From Amoebophrya sp. A120 (lineage: Eukaryota; Protista; Dinoflagellata), in NCBI GenBank assembly GCA_905178155.1, contig CAJINV010000001.1, positions 10,782,311-10,846,310 of the forward strand: a DNA stretch of 64,000 nucleotides. The letters run 5' to 3'. Shown here piece by piece: positions 35,401 to 45,101 of this stretch (position 1 is its first letter; every line of letters begins with the position of its first letter). The notes beneath the pieces were generated by a model, which was given only the letters and a program-made list of their open reading frames with translations, ran no database searches and was not told where the DNA came from. The translations under genes were made by a program, and so were the position numbers.

Positions 35401-38388
35401 GGGCGCATTCAGGGCAAAACACCTCTTCACCTGGGACATGGATGTGGCCACGTCTTCGGTGTCGGTCTAACTTGGACAAGTAGCATAAATGCTCAAAATC
35501 CTCTACGCAGTCGGCCAAGGCATCTCCAGTGAAAATAGAAGCAGACTCATCGAGCTGTCCTACGCGGCGCTTTTTGCAGCAGTTGGATAAGCAATCAGGT
35601 GTGAAAAGATTGCAACCAAAACGCGACGCAGACAAAGCGTCTTCCTCTGACAAAACCTCTTCAAATTCTCTGCAGTATAAAGCCACACCCGTGCCGAAAA
35701 GCTCACCATCAGGCAAAAATGGTAAGTCAGGCGGGTTATTTTCTAATGGCACTGCGAAATCTGCGAATCTTGAAACTATCTCAGACTTGGCTACTGCTTT
35801 TGGTTCTAGCTTTACTGACCAACCCATTGCGTTCAGGGTGGTTGTAGGTAAAAGGCGGCGCACGGGCAAAGCGCTGTGAAAAATACCTACTGAGTAACCA
35901 AGTCGATTCGTCTTCAGCCTACCTATCCTTGGAGGATTTTTCGCTTGCAAAGTGCCTCCGACTCCATTGATTTTCACAGGATTGGAGCGAAAGGACACAA
36001 AATCGCTAAGCACACTCGACACGTAATGAGTAGTGCCACTGTCGAGGATATCCCTGTTTGTCCTCTGTTTTCTTTCCTCTGCCGAACCTTCATCCAAAAT
36101 GGATTTGTTGATCTTGCACTCTATAATCGGCATTGATTGATCGATCTTGCACAGTAACGATTTTTGATTGTAACTAGTAGCATCGTGACTTGTGTAAAAG
36201 CACGAATAGTAGTTGTCGTCGTCATCAAATGCATCGCTCTTTTCATCAGTGTTCTTCGACACATCAACGAAATTTGATTCCAACTCAACATCGATTTTTA
36301 CATCGTGTTTTGAATCCATCAGCCTCGATGTATCATCGACATCATCAGCAGAATCGTGGTCCTTATGTCACCACTTGCGACCCTTCTGGTGAGACTTGTA
36401 GCCACCTTTCTTCACGCCGTGTTTGCCACCGCCCTTGCCACCACCACCGCCCTTCTTGTGGTTGTTGCCGTAGTTGTTCGCGGGTGGTGGGGCAGTGTTC
36501 TTCTCCTGCTGGCGTTTCTTGCGATAGCAGTAATGAACGTCATGTCCTGGACGTTGGCAATACGTACACCAGAGGCCTCCTTGATTCTGCGCGTTGTTAC
36601 CATAGGGCTGATTTCGATTCGCATAGGTATTGGAATTGTAGTTTTTGTTGTTGTGTTTTCCCTGTCCTTTGTGACCCTTATTCATCATAACTAAGGCGGT
36701 TTGGTTATTGATGGACTGACACATCAATTGCTGCTCGAAGGTCGCGCCTTCCGGTGCGACGATGAAGTTGGAATTTTTGTTACCAGAAGATGAAGATGAT
36801 GATGATGCACCAGCAAGGAACGCATTGGGGTTTGCGTTTGCGGGGGCGACGTTCGTTCGTGCTAAATGCAAAGTCGCTTGCTGTTCCTTTTCAATATTCA
36901 TTCTGCCTGATTTGATGAAGTCCATCACCATTGCCAGTCCTTCTTTCTCCCAAGTAGCTGTAGTACTGTTCAAATTTCTGATCTCCGCCATGATTGTTTT
37001 CATGCAAGTCGGGTCAAGTCGGAATTTGAGGACGTCCCACATCTGGCGATTGATCGCAGCCGCATCTGGGTATCTGTCTTTCAGAAGGAGGATTTTGCTG
37101 TACTTTTCTGCGTAGATCCAAATAGAAAAATCTCCATCCTTCTCCATGTCGTAGCAGACAGTAATCAATTCGTTGTTGGTTGTGTCACTGTCAATTGAAG
37201 ATGCTTTCTGATCCCAGTGCGATGACAGAAGGAAGTAACATTTTACAAAACCCACTGTCTGGCTGTTCGTGATCAATTTTGCTGCGTCGTCTTGCAATGC
37301 ATTCAAAAATGTGGACTCGAGGGAAAACACATCTTGCTTTTGCTGTGCTGTCAACCCAGGCTGAACATTTTGAAAGTTCGTCTGCTGGGTGTTGTCGTTC
37401 AAAATTGCCTGCCATTGTGCGTCCAATTCCAATACCATGCTCATCATCGATTTGATTTTATGCTTCCACATCGTCCAGCCCTCGGAGTTCTTTATCTCCG
37501 GGCAGATGATCTTCCGATCTACCGTCGGCATACCGTCGGGATTCGTAAATCAATCTATTCCAAAGAGAGATTTTTGCGTGTAGATACCGATGGTGTTCCG
37601 ACGGAAAAATTTGGACTTGTGGATGGCGAAGTTGTTCGTTGGCTCGCGATTACCGGTCTCACCGGTGGCACCAAGTGTGAATCAGAATGTTAGGAATTCT
37701 GAACACATTCACAGCATACGAATAGCGGTCGAGTTCGCATCTTTCTGTTTGGAATGATTCAGAACGGAGTACTGATTCGCATCTGTATACAGGTGGTGTT
37801 TCAAGATGGATTGATTCGTTTGGTTTGGTCAACCAGACCACAAAGACGACGAGACGACTAAGCTAAACGGTTAGGATCGTTACTGTGCTGAAGATCAAGA
37901 TCGATGGAACCACGCAGGGGAGCTTGAACACGCATTGCATGCTGTGTGCATAAAGCTCTAGTCAACAGTTGTCCTTGTCGCTGATCATCATGTGCTTTCA
38001 ACGTTAGATAACGAACGTCCAGTGTTACCATTGTGCGCGAGAACCAGCAAATATGTTCCTACTTGCGCTGTGAGGATTATCGAAGCTTGATTGATAGTTT
38101 GTTTCCCGCGCCAGACGCTAGTACAAAAGTGGGTCAACCATCAAGATGAACAAATCCACAGCGGTGACGGACAGCACGCAGAGTCCGAAAAGCCGGGCGC
38201 GGACAGTTTTGGCGCAGATGGAACAGGAAGAAAAGCTAATGAAACCAGGGGGCAGGCCCAACGTCGAGATCGTTGAGGTGCTCGTGCGGGGCGTACCAGT
38301 TCCGTTCGTCAGGGCCTTGTCACAGATCAGGCCAGACGAGGAGCTAGTGCTGGATCGCACCACCATATTCAAGAAAAAGACTGTGTAA
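29440..38388 (+). CDS. Ankyrin-repeat + SET-like domain protein, multi-exon, with the copia element inside its last large intron
   Basis: Ankyrin repeats (GSTALHAAA, GLTPLSVAV); exon pieces at ~30758-30897, ~31075-31274 (AVPPGTVLGFLSGEYC), ~31442-31647; final piece ~38122-38388 (PNVEIVEVLVRGVPVPFVRALSQIRPDEELVLD) resembles a SET C-terminus. Exact splice junction around the copia not resolved. Confidence 0.55.
31689..31968 (-). repeat. 3' LTR
   Basis: TGTTAGGAATTC...AGTCAACA; 2 substitutions seen versus the other LTR. Confidence 0.97.
31969..31980 (-). promoter_or_regulatory. Polypurine tract
   Basis: Minus strand TGGGGGGGGGAA directly precedes the 3' LTR. Confidence 0.9.
32159..36367 (-). 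CDS. pol: Copia Pol (protease, integrase, RT, RNase H), in frame with gag after one TGA
   Basis: ILDSGTTHY protease; H..RGH...CPEC zinc finger; DADFWGP / RSDN / NGVCER DDE triad; FDIDNAF, LYGLPQSPRLW, YVDD (RT); FTDAS, EAEF, DNQTA, ADCLTK (RNase H). Confidence 0.95.
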   Translation of the reverse strand, partial: HKDHDSADDVDDTSRLMDSKHDVKIDVELESNFVDVSKNTDEKSDAFDDDDNYYSCFYTSHDATSYNQKSLLCKIDQSMPIIECKINKSILDEGSAEERKQRTNRDILDSGTTHYVSSVLSDFVSFRSNPVKINGVGGTLQAKNPPRIGRLKTNRLGYSVGIFHSALPVRRLLPTTTLNAMGWSVKLEPKAVAKSEIVSRFADFAVPLENNPPDLPFLPDGELFGTGVALYCREFEEVLSEEDALSASRFGCNLFTPDCLSNCCKKRRVGQLDESASIFTGDALADCVEDFEHLCYLSKLDRHRRRGHIHVPGEEVFCPECALAKGGRSGARKERPQKYSDPTPLKQLDADFWGPVKPVSLTGNSWLLIFICPAVARVFEFKLKHKDQAYAVVERLIKQLRASDSIDLTDKVVWFVRSDNDPTFRAKKWEDTLQALSVFRQHSVPYVPQKNGVCERFMGTLGPGLRANLVGVDLRLWDYAASYFVYTWNRLQRKFYKRAPQFNGLSPLEACRQRKSLQNDRKVSRTEPQEPDEILKTSNFDSRMRRFGCLAYFLRQPVEGVKKLVEKYTKGVFLGYCDQSSCYLVGTYVKDDRYSKAGALRWAVYETNAVKFVESVLIDNVDSLRPGYRGGVVVSDDQLLQTICGSKDNARVVGSDRDCAPVRKNPGGSEVSGSGGVGGSNSLPLLEVEKAASQEHAHNASSASFKDINLQSNQHASGDNSQVQNPHSAPDSVSSRAPARNTVEHHEPDPEVVFGREKTKRPRGRPKGAKDKTQRTRRTKQQLSEAENSDAFYADFAEVINDCYVCDSVVDDFEEGEELVEALPQFANVAAMSSPDAPHWLEAKSLEKCKLEAFQTWRVPTPEELERAKTTGVVPIALVLSRKRCGKFKCRAVVLGNLYKPGGELEVYAPVISFGASRYLLIDAAAHGDAIILFDIDNAFVQSLIDSEIFIRLPKEWREQNDDGIRKLVRALYGLPQSPRLWAKHYEKKLVSLGWTQSTEKGLWRKLSKATGNNFQSYKKFSKYMKMGVYVDDNTATGPDEHELRHEVSLILKEFPGKIIEPEHQPNGDLLYDQLGADVHYNPNKYKVRICMQSYIRTKLAPKFGMVGCKKVDNPCFTESALYDTASPEVKFPLREAVGALQWCVTICRPDIAQPVNCLAKVASKPCTKAVVACVKKVLRYVIHTEDVGIDYSPENEQKFKQVYGSLLQKGEKLKDWNLFTDASFASCFVTLKSTSGALLYYRGAPIVWKTARQSVRTHSTFEAEFVAGSDGLIMSETCTFKGFLEDRDASEDLWMDNQTAITVAKTPGDAQRPRSRHVALRYHKVADECEKIKFCPTEHMKADCLTKNNVPREVRDHVFHHNPHMTNKRKVKVSEDPEEVDACFTVVGVPGLFFSLEDLWA
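36368..37531 (-). CDS. gag: Copia Gag
   Basis: 387 aa; W..WK..I N-terminal motif; CCHC knuckle CTYCQRPGHDVHYC; ends at TGA 36370-36368. Confidence 0.9.
   Translation of the reverse strand: MPTVDRKIICPEIKNSEGWTMWKHKIKSMMSMVLELDAQWQAILNDNTQQTNFQNVQPGLTAQQKQDVFSLESTFLNALQDDAAKLITNSQTVGFVKCYFLLSSHWDQKASSIDSDTTNNELITVCYDMEKDGDFSIWIYAEKYSKILLLKDRYPDAAAINRQMWDVLKFRLDPTCMKTIMAEIRNLNSTTATWEKEGLAMVMDFIKSGRMNIEKEQQATLHLARTNVAPANANPNAFLAGASSSSSSSGNKNSNFIVAPEGATFEQQLMCQSINNQTALVMMNKGHKGQGKHNNKNYNSNTYANRNQPYGNNAQNQGGLWCTYCQRPGHDVHYCYRKKRQQEKNTAPPPANNYGNNHKKGGGGGKGGGKHGVKKGGYKSHQKGRKW
37656..37673 (-). promoter_or_regulatory. Putative primer binding site
   Basis: Minus strand TGGTGCCACCGGTGAGAC, complementary to a tRNA-like 3' end (...GTCTCACCGGTGGCA-CCA); starts 14 nt from the 5' LTR. 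Confidence 0.65.
37688..37967 (-). repeat. 5' LTR
   Basis: 280-bp near-identical copy of 31689-31968. Confidence 0.97.
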
Positions 38389-39640
38389 GTGTAAGCCTGT
38401 GATGCAGAAAATGCCAGACCACAGTTTTTTTACATTGGTCATGCCAGACACCCAACAAGTCCGCTTTTCCTGTGCGTTTTCACGTACTGGCCCTGCGTGA
38501 CTGGTTTTCTCGGTCATGATGTACTAGCGCAGTTTTTTTCTTGGATACGCTATGTGGCTGGGCTATGCCGCCAGCTTGAGGCGGATGCGGTTACTGAGAA
38601 GCACTGTCAGCGCATTTGTCACACGCGTTGGCGACTAAGTTTCACAGGCAGCAGCTGACGTTATCTCGATTTAAAAGATGCTCCTCTAAGTCATCTTGTA
38701 GTTGTTGCACGTGCGAACGCGAGGAAGTGACAAAATGTCTCCGATGCAGCTACAAAAGGCGCTTTGGTACACTAAGTCCATCACTACAGGCTTTCAATAT
38801 CTGTAGTTTTTGAGAGACGAACCAGAGGTCTGTTTTGTTCTAAATTCAGTGTTCTAGAAGACATTGCGGCACAAGTATGTTCTCGATTGCAGACAAGGAA
38901 TAAAGCGAGATTGTGATAGAGTACAGGCGGGAGTTGCAACAAAAAAAGTTGGTGTTTTTTTTGAGCGGTTCCTGTATGCGTGATTGAATACAAAATACAT
39001 CGGTAGTTTTTACTAGTCCAGATTTCGGTCTAACTATAGATAAGGTTGGCATCCTGCTAGAAATGGACGTGTGAGAAGGTTGATCTGAAACTCTACTGGC
39101 TCGAAAAGATGCAGTTTTGCGTGAAAAATCTGAACGTGAACCAACTTTTTGAATCATCCATCAGGCCCCTAAAAAGTCAATGCTATGGCGATTTCTTTTT
39201 TGCAATGCTGGCGTTGTCATGTGATTACTTGCCCCTTGATGGGAAGGCTGTCAAGATGAATAACAACTATGGCTCCTGCCAAAAGATAGGTTTTGTAGGT
39301 ACTTACCGCGTAGTAGTTCTAAACAAGGCTGTGTTTCTGTGATTGAAGAGCATTTCGTTTCTTATCCATGAATGGTTTTACGTTTACCTCTTCTGACATT
39401 TTTACCTTCGCGACCTTTGTTGTATAAGCCATGCCTATACAACCAGATATCGAAGCAAAGAATTATGATTATCATTATGTAAAAGCAAGAACTGCTGCTG
39501 TTTGCCGTTGTTAGGAGCTGGCGCGGTCACTGTTTTTTTTTCCCATTTTGATACAACTCGTCCCATTGAAGAACAGTTCACACTGTATAGAACAATTCAC
39601 ACTCTTGGTTTGAGTTTGACGCATTTTCCGGGTACAAATT

Positions 39641-42600
39641 ATGGATCCAGTTCCGGTGATTTTTGCTACGCAGACGGGGATCAGCGAGGAATTCGCCCAA
39701 AATTTAGAGGAGGAGAGCGCGGGCAAGAAAGTTCCCTTTGTCGCCACGAGTGTTACCTCAGTTGCTGTGGATTCGCTAAGGGAAACGAAACTGGCCGTGT
39801 TCATCTGCTCCTCGCACGGCGACGGAGATCCGCCGGATTCCGCCTGCAACTTTTACAACGCCCTGACGGGGGAGCGGAACAAGAAAGCCCTGGCCCACCT
39901 GCGGTTTGCGCTGCTGGGTCTGGGGGACCAGAATTACATGCAGTATCAGGGCTTCCCCATCTCGCTGCAATCCGCTCTGGCCGCTTTAGGGGCAACCTTG
40001 GTGTACGTGCGCGGAGAGGCGGACAACGCCGGGGACATCGACGAGGACTTCGAAAACTGGAAAAACAATGGGTTCTGGGACTGCTTGGAAAGTGAATACC
40101 AAAAGTGCGGAGGTATCACAAGGAAAAATCCCCCCTCCCCATATCAAAAGGAAGTTTCTGATGCTGGATTTGCGTATACGCGTCAGGTCTGTCTTGCAGT
40201 AGAGGAAAGCAGGCTCCTGCCCAGCCTGAGTAGAGAGGTTTTGGCCTAGGCGCTCAGCATGGGAAACGTCTATGCTGTGGGCCCAACAGCATCACAAACC
40301 GCCTGCGTAATGCGGCGGAGCCTGTGGAGTTGTCTTCTTGCAAGACAGACGCGATTTGTTGTCTCAAATCAGCAAGACAAATTTTCGGAAGCATACCTTT
40401 TCGATATGGGGAGGGGAGATTTTTCCTCTCAATAGGAGGGAAGCCTTACTTTGAGGAAGAGGACAGCTCGACCGAAATCTCGACGGCCCCGAATTCGCAG
40501 AATCATGCCGACGACACGGACGACAAGAGCGGTATGGTTTTGTATCAAGCTGCTTCTCGTCCAGAAAGCAGCCCGCTGAAGAAAAACGACTTCTACGCGG
40601 CTGCGGCGGCCGACGACCAAAGAGCTGCCAAAGCAGTTTCAGCGAAAGCCACGCCGGTGGCATCTCCGGCTGCGTCGCCTGCTAAAGAACCGGGACTTGG
40701 CAAGAAGGATATTTTCGCCGTGCTAACGCCGCCGGCGAATAACAAAGTTGTTGCAACTACATCTAGCCCGAGTTGTTCCAGCATCACCTCACCCGTCGGA
40801 AAAAGTATTTCGCCCACAACTTCTCCTCTACTAACGGAGCAGAAGAATCAAATACTGAACAATAGTCGAAGCCGCGTCCAAAATTCCACAGCTACCGCCG
40901 TGATTTTTGGTCAACAAAAGCACCTGCTCGCGCATGTCAATAGCGCTGGAGGTGCTAAGAAGTCATCAAAGGGTAGTACTGGTGAGAATAATCATCTTTC
41001 TGTCGAAGAACTCTTGAAGTCTGACCGCGTTGTGTACTGTGACGAAGCAGTGTTCGTACCCACGAAGGCGGGCGCGTTCGATGACTCCGATACCTCGGAC
41101 TTTGCCCGGGGTCTGTTTGCCCTTGAGTTGCAGAGGGCGTTTGCGCGGAAGGAAACGAAGTATCCTGAGTAAAAACGTACCCACACCAGAGTTGTAATGC
41201 AGGTTTGCAAAGACAGGAAGACTTGTCATGCGCATCCCCATGAGAGCCATTTCCAATCGTGTTTTGGAATTTGTGATGCTGTGAACAGGATGAGCAGCTG
41301 GATTTGTGACGCGGCTGCACTTGCTAACCTGCACTACACTGCAGAGTGCAACTTGTCATGCGTGACTCACAAAACGGCTAGGTTTGTGCTGCAAAATCCC
41401 CATCCTGACTCTGGTGTGGGTACGTTTTTACTCAGGATACGAAGCATCTTTTCTTCATCCAGAACGTGGACCAGGTGGCGCGAACCGTTGCGCGGTTACC
41501 AAATGTAAAAATGTCTGGGTTTGGAAGAATGCAACTTGTAATGCGTATTTCAGAACACAGAAACGTCTCTCATGCATACGTAGCAAAAGCTCCCACTTTT
41601 TGCCAGCAAAATAGGGGACTTGTCATGCGGATTCGGCATTGCGGAAGGTTCTCGAAACCTGTGATGCTAGAGCTTCCATGCCAGACCTTCTGTGTCATGC
41701 AAAAACAGCATGACTCTTCCAGACCCAGACATTTTTACATTTGATAGCGGTCGCTCGTTGACAAAAGCTTTGGGTTTCCGGAAACGCATTTCGCGCACGT
41801 CTCCGCGTGCGTGTTGATGACCGAGAGGCAACAGGACGCAAACACGACCGCGAAGAAGCTCGTCTCTGTGTTGGAGAAACTGAACTGCAAAGTGTTCCGC
41901 GCGGCAAGCGTCGCCGAATTGCTGGAATACGTCCAGTTCTGCGTGGGCGCGGATCCGGACCCGGCTGCGGAAAAAATTGTAAACGAGAAAGAAAAGAAGA
42001 AGAACAAGCAGGACAAAGAGCCACAGGATCGTTTGTTATCGGCGTCAGCGTCAGAAGCATCACCCGTCGCGGGCTCGATGTTTTCGCCACAAAAGATGTC
42101 GATGAACGTGACGTCGCCGGTGGCGGGACTTACAATGACCCCGTCCCCACCGCGGGCGGGATCCAGATCCACTCCCACGTCCGCGCAACCGAAAAAAGGA
42201 TGGGTGCGAAGCGTTTCGCCGCGGGGGAACGTGTACTACTCGAAGTATCGTGGCGTGCAGTGCAAGGGAGAAGATGAGAATTCCCCACAGGAAAAATTCT
42301 CTCCTGGGGCGAAGGACGCTCTTCCGCCGAGTCAGCGAAGTTCCGTGCAGCTTTCCTCCAGGTCTGTTTCCTCCCCGATCTCGCTGGCGCGGCGCAGCCG
42401 AGCGGGCGACTTGGAGGGGTTCGAAGACGCCCCCCTGTCTTTTGAGAACATGAGCCGGCTCGCGTCGCAGTTGCACGTGGTACTGGACTTTTTGGAGCAG
42501 AGCCACGAGCTGGAGACGCGCGCGGTGCAACCACTTTTGGCGGCGAATGCGGAGGATCCGCGCCGGATGGTGCACGTGGAGTTTCAACCGCTCCTCTCCT

Positions 42601-44024
42601 CGTCTGAGTTCCTTGTCAGCGACAACGTGTCCATTCTCGCGCCCTCGTCTCCACTAGCGGTGGAGAAGCTGCTTCTAGCCTTGGAAGCAAGTAGTGCGGC
42701 CGATGAACATGATGTCGACAACGCGATCATGTTGAAGGAGCACGACGTGACAATCAACGGGGCGGGCGGAGGACCAAACAAAAAAGCTGAAAAAGCGAAG
42801 AACGGCACCACCTCCCCTACCGGCACTTCCTCTTCTGTCGCGATGAAGCGGAAACTGGTCGACGTCTTAAAAGATTATGACGAGGGTAAAAGCCAAACCG
42901 ACCTAGCCCGGTTTCTGAACGCATTGTTCGTGCAGACAGAGGAGGGCAAGGCATTGCTGCCACGTCTTCAGAAGAATGCGCGCGTGGCGGACCTAGACTG
43001 CGTCGGCACATTTCTGGGCTACTGCTTCGCGCTGGAAAACTTCTCTTTTGCTAATATCAAGCAGCAGGACCACGCGAACAAATCAGAACCGCCGTCGCCA
43101 GGTACTACTGGCTCGGAGATGAAGCTGAATAGTAATTTTGAGTTTATGCAATTCGTGCAGAAGTCCCGTCCCTACACGCTCGTCGGGAAGACAGGGATCT
43201 GTGTGACGCATCAGTCTTTCGGCCAGGCGTCGACTTTCCTTTGTTGCAACTGTGAAAAGGGAACGAAGGTTTTCGCCAAACTGGTGTCCTCCCCACTGCG
43301 GCTGCAGGATCTGGAGAAGAAAAGCAACGTCTGGAAATTCCTGCCCAGCATTGATGAGAAGAATGTGGAGCCGCCCCCGCTGCTCATGATCGCGACCGGT
43401 GCGGGCATGGGCGTTTTTATCGGGTGGCTGCAGGAGTTTCTGGGCCGCGAAGAGAAGTGCCCCTTCCACGACGTCACCCTGTTTGCCGGTTGCAGGACCT
43501 GGGACGAAGTTCCTTACAGGGGCTTTCTGCACCAGACACTGACGAAGGAGAGTTTTTCTGTGAACTTGGAAAACAAGAAGATCATGGACACAACCTCTAA
43601 TATCTTCGAGGACCACAAACACCTACAAGATGAAAAGATGACGTCGACGGATAAGAGAACGAAGACGGAGGACAATGAGGAAGCAAACGCGTACGCGGTG
43701 AAAGACGAAGCTTTTCTGATCACCAGCAGCGGCACTGAGTTCGGGCGGCAAAAATTCAAATTTCACTGGCACCAGGCACTGTCCCGCGAGGGGAAAAAAC
43801 TATACGTTCAGAAACTGCTGCAAGTCCACCAGGGTCTGCTTGTGGAAAAGCTTGTGGCGAAAAAAGGATTTCTGTACTTTTGTGGAGAAGCCAAGATGAT
43901 CAAAGAATGCAGAGACTTTTTGAAGCAAATCCTCCCGAAGCAGGTCTTTGACGAGAAGCGAATCATCGCGGAACAGTGGGGAACCACCAGGAAGCGCAGC
44001 CGCGCCGGCAGTTTAGTTGTGTAG
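39641..44024 (+). CDS. Diflavin (FMN/FAD/NADPH) oxidoreductase, CPR/MTRR/NDOR1-like, interrupted by three introners
   Basis: Flavodoxin motifs FATQTG, SSHGDGDPPDSA, FALLGLGDQNY; FNR-type C-terminus MIATGAGMG, LFAGCR, ALSRE..KLYVQ, LYFCG, AEQW; one frame once 40114-40434, 41161-41439 and 41497-41746 (each plus one TSD) are removed. Confidence 0.85.
40114..40434. mobile_element. TIR introner family B, 321 bp
   Basis: Same TIRs as 16452; TSD GGAGG; removal gives QKCGGKPYFEEE; the only copy that can be read GT-AG. Confidence 0.93.
41161..41439. mobile_element. TIR introner family C, 279 bp
   Basis: Perfect ~32-bp TIR TATCCTGAGTAAAAACGTACCCACACCAGAGT; TSD CGAAG; removal gives RKETKHLFFIQNVDQ. 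Confidence 0.93.
41497..41746. mobile_element. TIR introner family A, 250 bp (orientation 1)
   Basis: TACCAAATGTAAAAATGTCTGGGTTTGGAAGA...TCTTCCAGACCCAGACATTTTTACATTTGATA; TSD GCGGT; removal gives TVARSLVDKSFGF. Confidence 0.93.
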
Positions 44025-45101
44025 TAGTGCAGCATCGATCTCTTCTTTTTAAGTACAACAATTTTAAGACCTTGTACCTTCCGCTGGCTGTGCAAGCAAG
44101 TAGGCAAAAGGTGCTTTTACTTAAAAGCTTTCGCTTTAATTGCAACTGTAGGTCTACCACAGCCTCAAAACCAATGTCATTTTGACCATAGCAGTTTCTT
44201 ATGGCATAGGACATTGACATCAGGAGTATGTAGGTACACAAAATGGAGTCGCTTTTTGGTCACGTCGAGGCGAAGTTTCCAGAATTTTGCGGTGAAAAAA
44301 AAACCGAGAAACCTGAACAATTGTTTATTACGGAGAAGTGTCGATTGCGTTACGGATATGCTGAACAGGTGTAGGTGTACAATTGATCTTTTTTATACCA
44401 CAGGAAAATGAAAAATGGCATAAAAATGAGAAGGATGACCAATGTCGTCTTTCAATGACGAATAGGAAATTTCTGTTCGAGCTACCTTCTAAAGATCGGT
44501 GAGTACTTATTCGAGTTTGTGTGCTCTCTTGTAGTGCTCTCTTGTCGTAGCTGCACTTGTATATCCATTTTTCTGCTCGTCCGCAGCTGCTGGTCGTGCT
44601 CGAAGATTCTTATAGTGAAAATTATCCTGTCTATTTTTGCAGCCCAGCTCCGTGATCCTCAGCCTCATCAGATGATTCGTGAAGTACTCAACGAAACAAG
44701 CCATCGTGAATTACGTGTCGCAAAGCAGTTTCTCTTCGTCATGATCGTGAAGGAAATTCGGTGCTGTCTATTCAAGATCGGTTCGTCGAAGTACGTGTTT
44801 AAGGCAGTTTTTGTATGCTTCGCGATAGTCATGACTAGCACACCGGCATCATGGAGACAAGTGCTTACTACAACAAGTTATTTTCGCCACCTCTACAACT
44901 TGTTTCCGCGACTCGTAACCAGTTTTTTTTTGCCGGTTCGGCTGTCGTTGTGACCTTAGTGGTGAAGTGATGGCGTAGTTTTTTTAAAAGACGAGATCCG
45001 GCACGACGCCAGCAGAAGACCGGGTAGTAAGTTGTACTTACACACTTTGCCCGACTAGAGATTTTATTCCAGGTCATTTCCACACTGTTCGTTGACAGCA
45101 T

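Larger units (their letters stand above)
31689..37967 (-). mobile_element. Full-length Ty1/copia LTR retrotransposon (6279 bp)
   Basis: 280-bp TG...CA LTRs at both ends; 5-bp TSD GTTGT (31684-31688 / 37968-37972); PR-IN-RT-RH order; PPT and PBS present. Confidence 0.97.
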
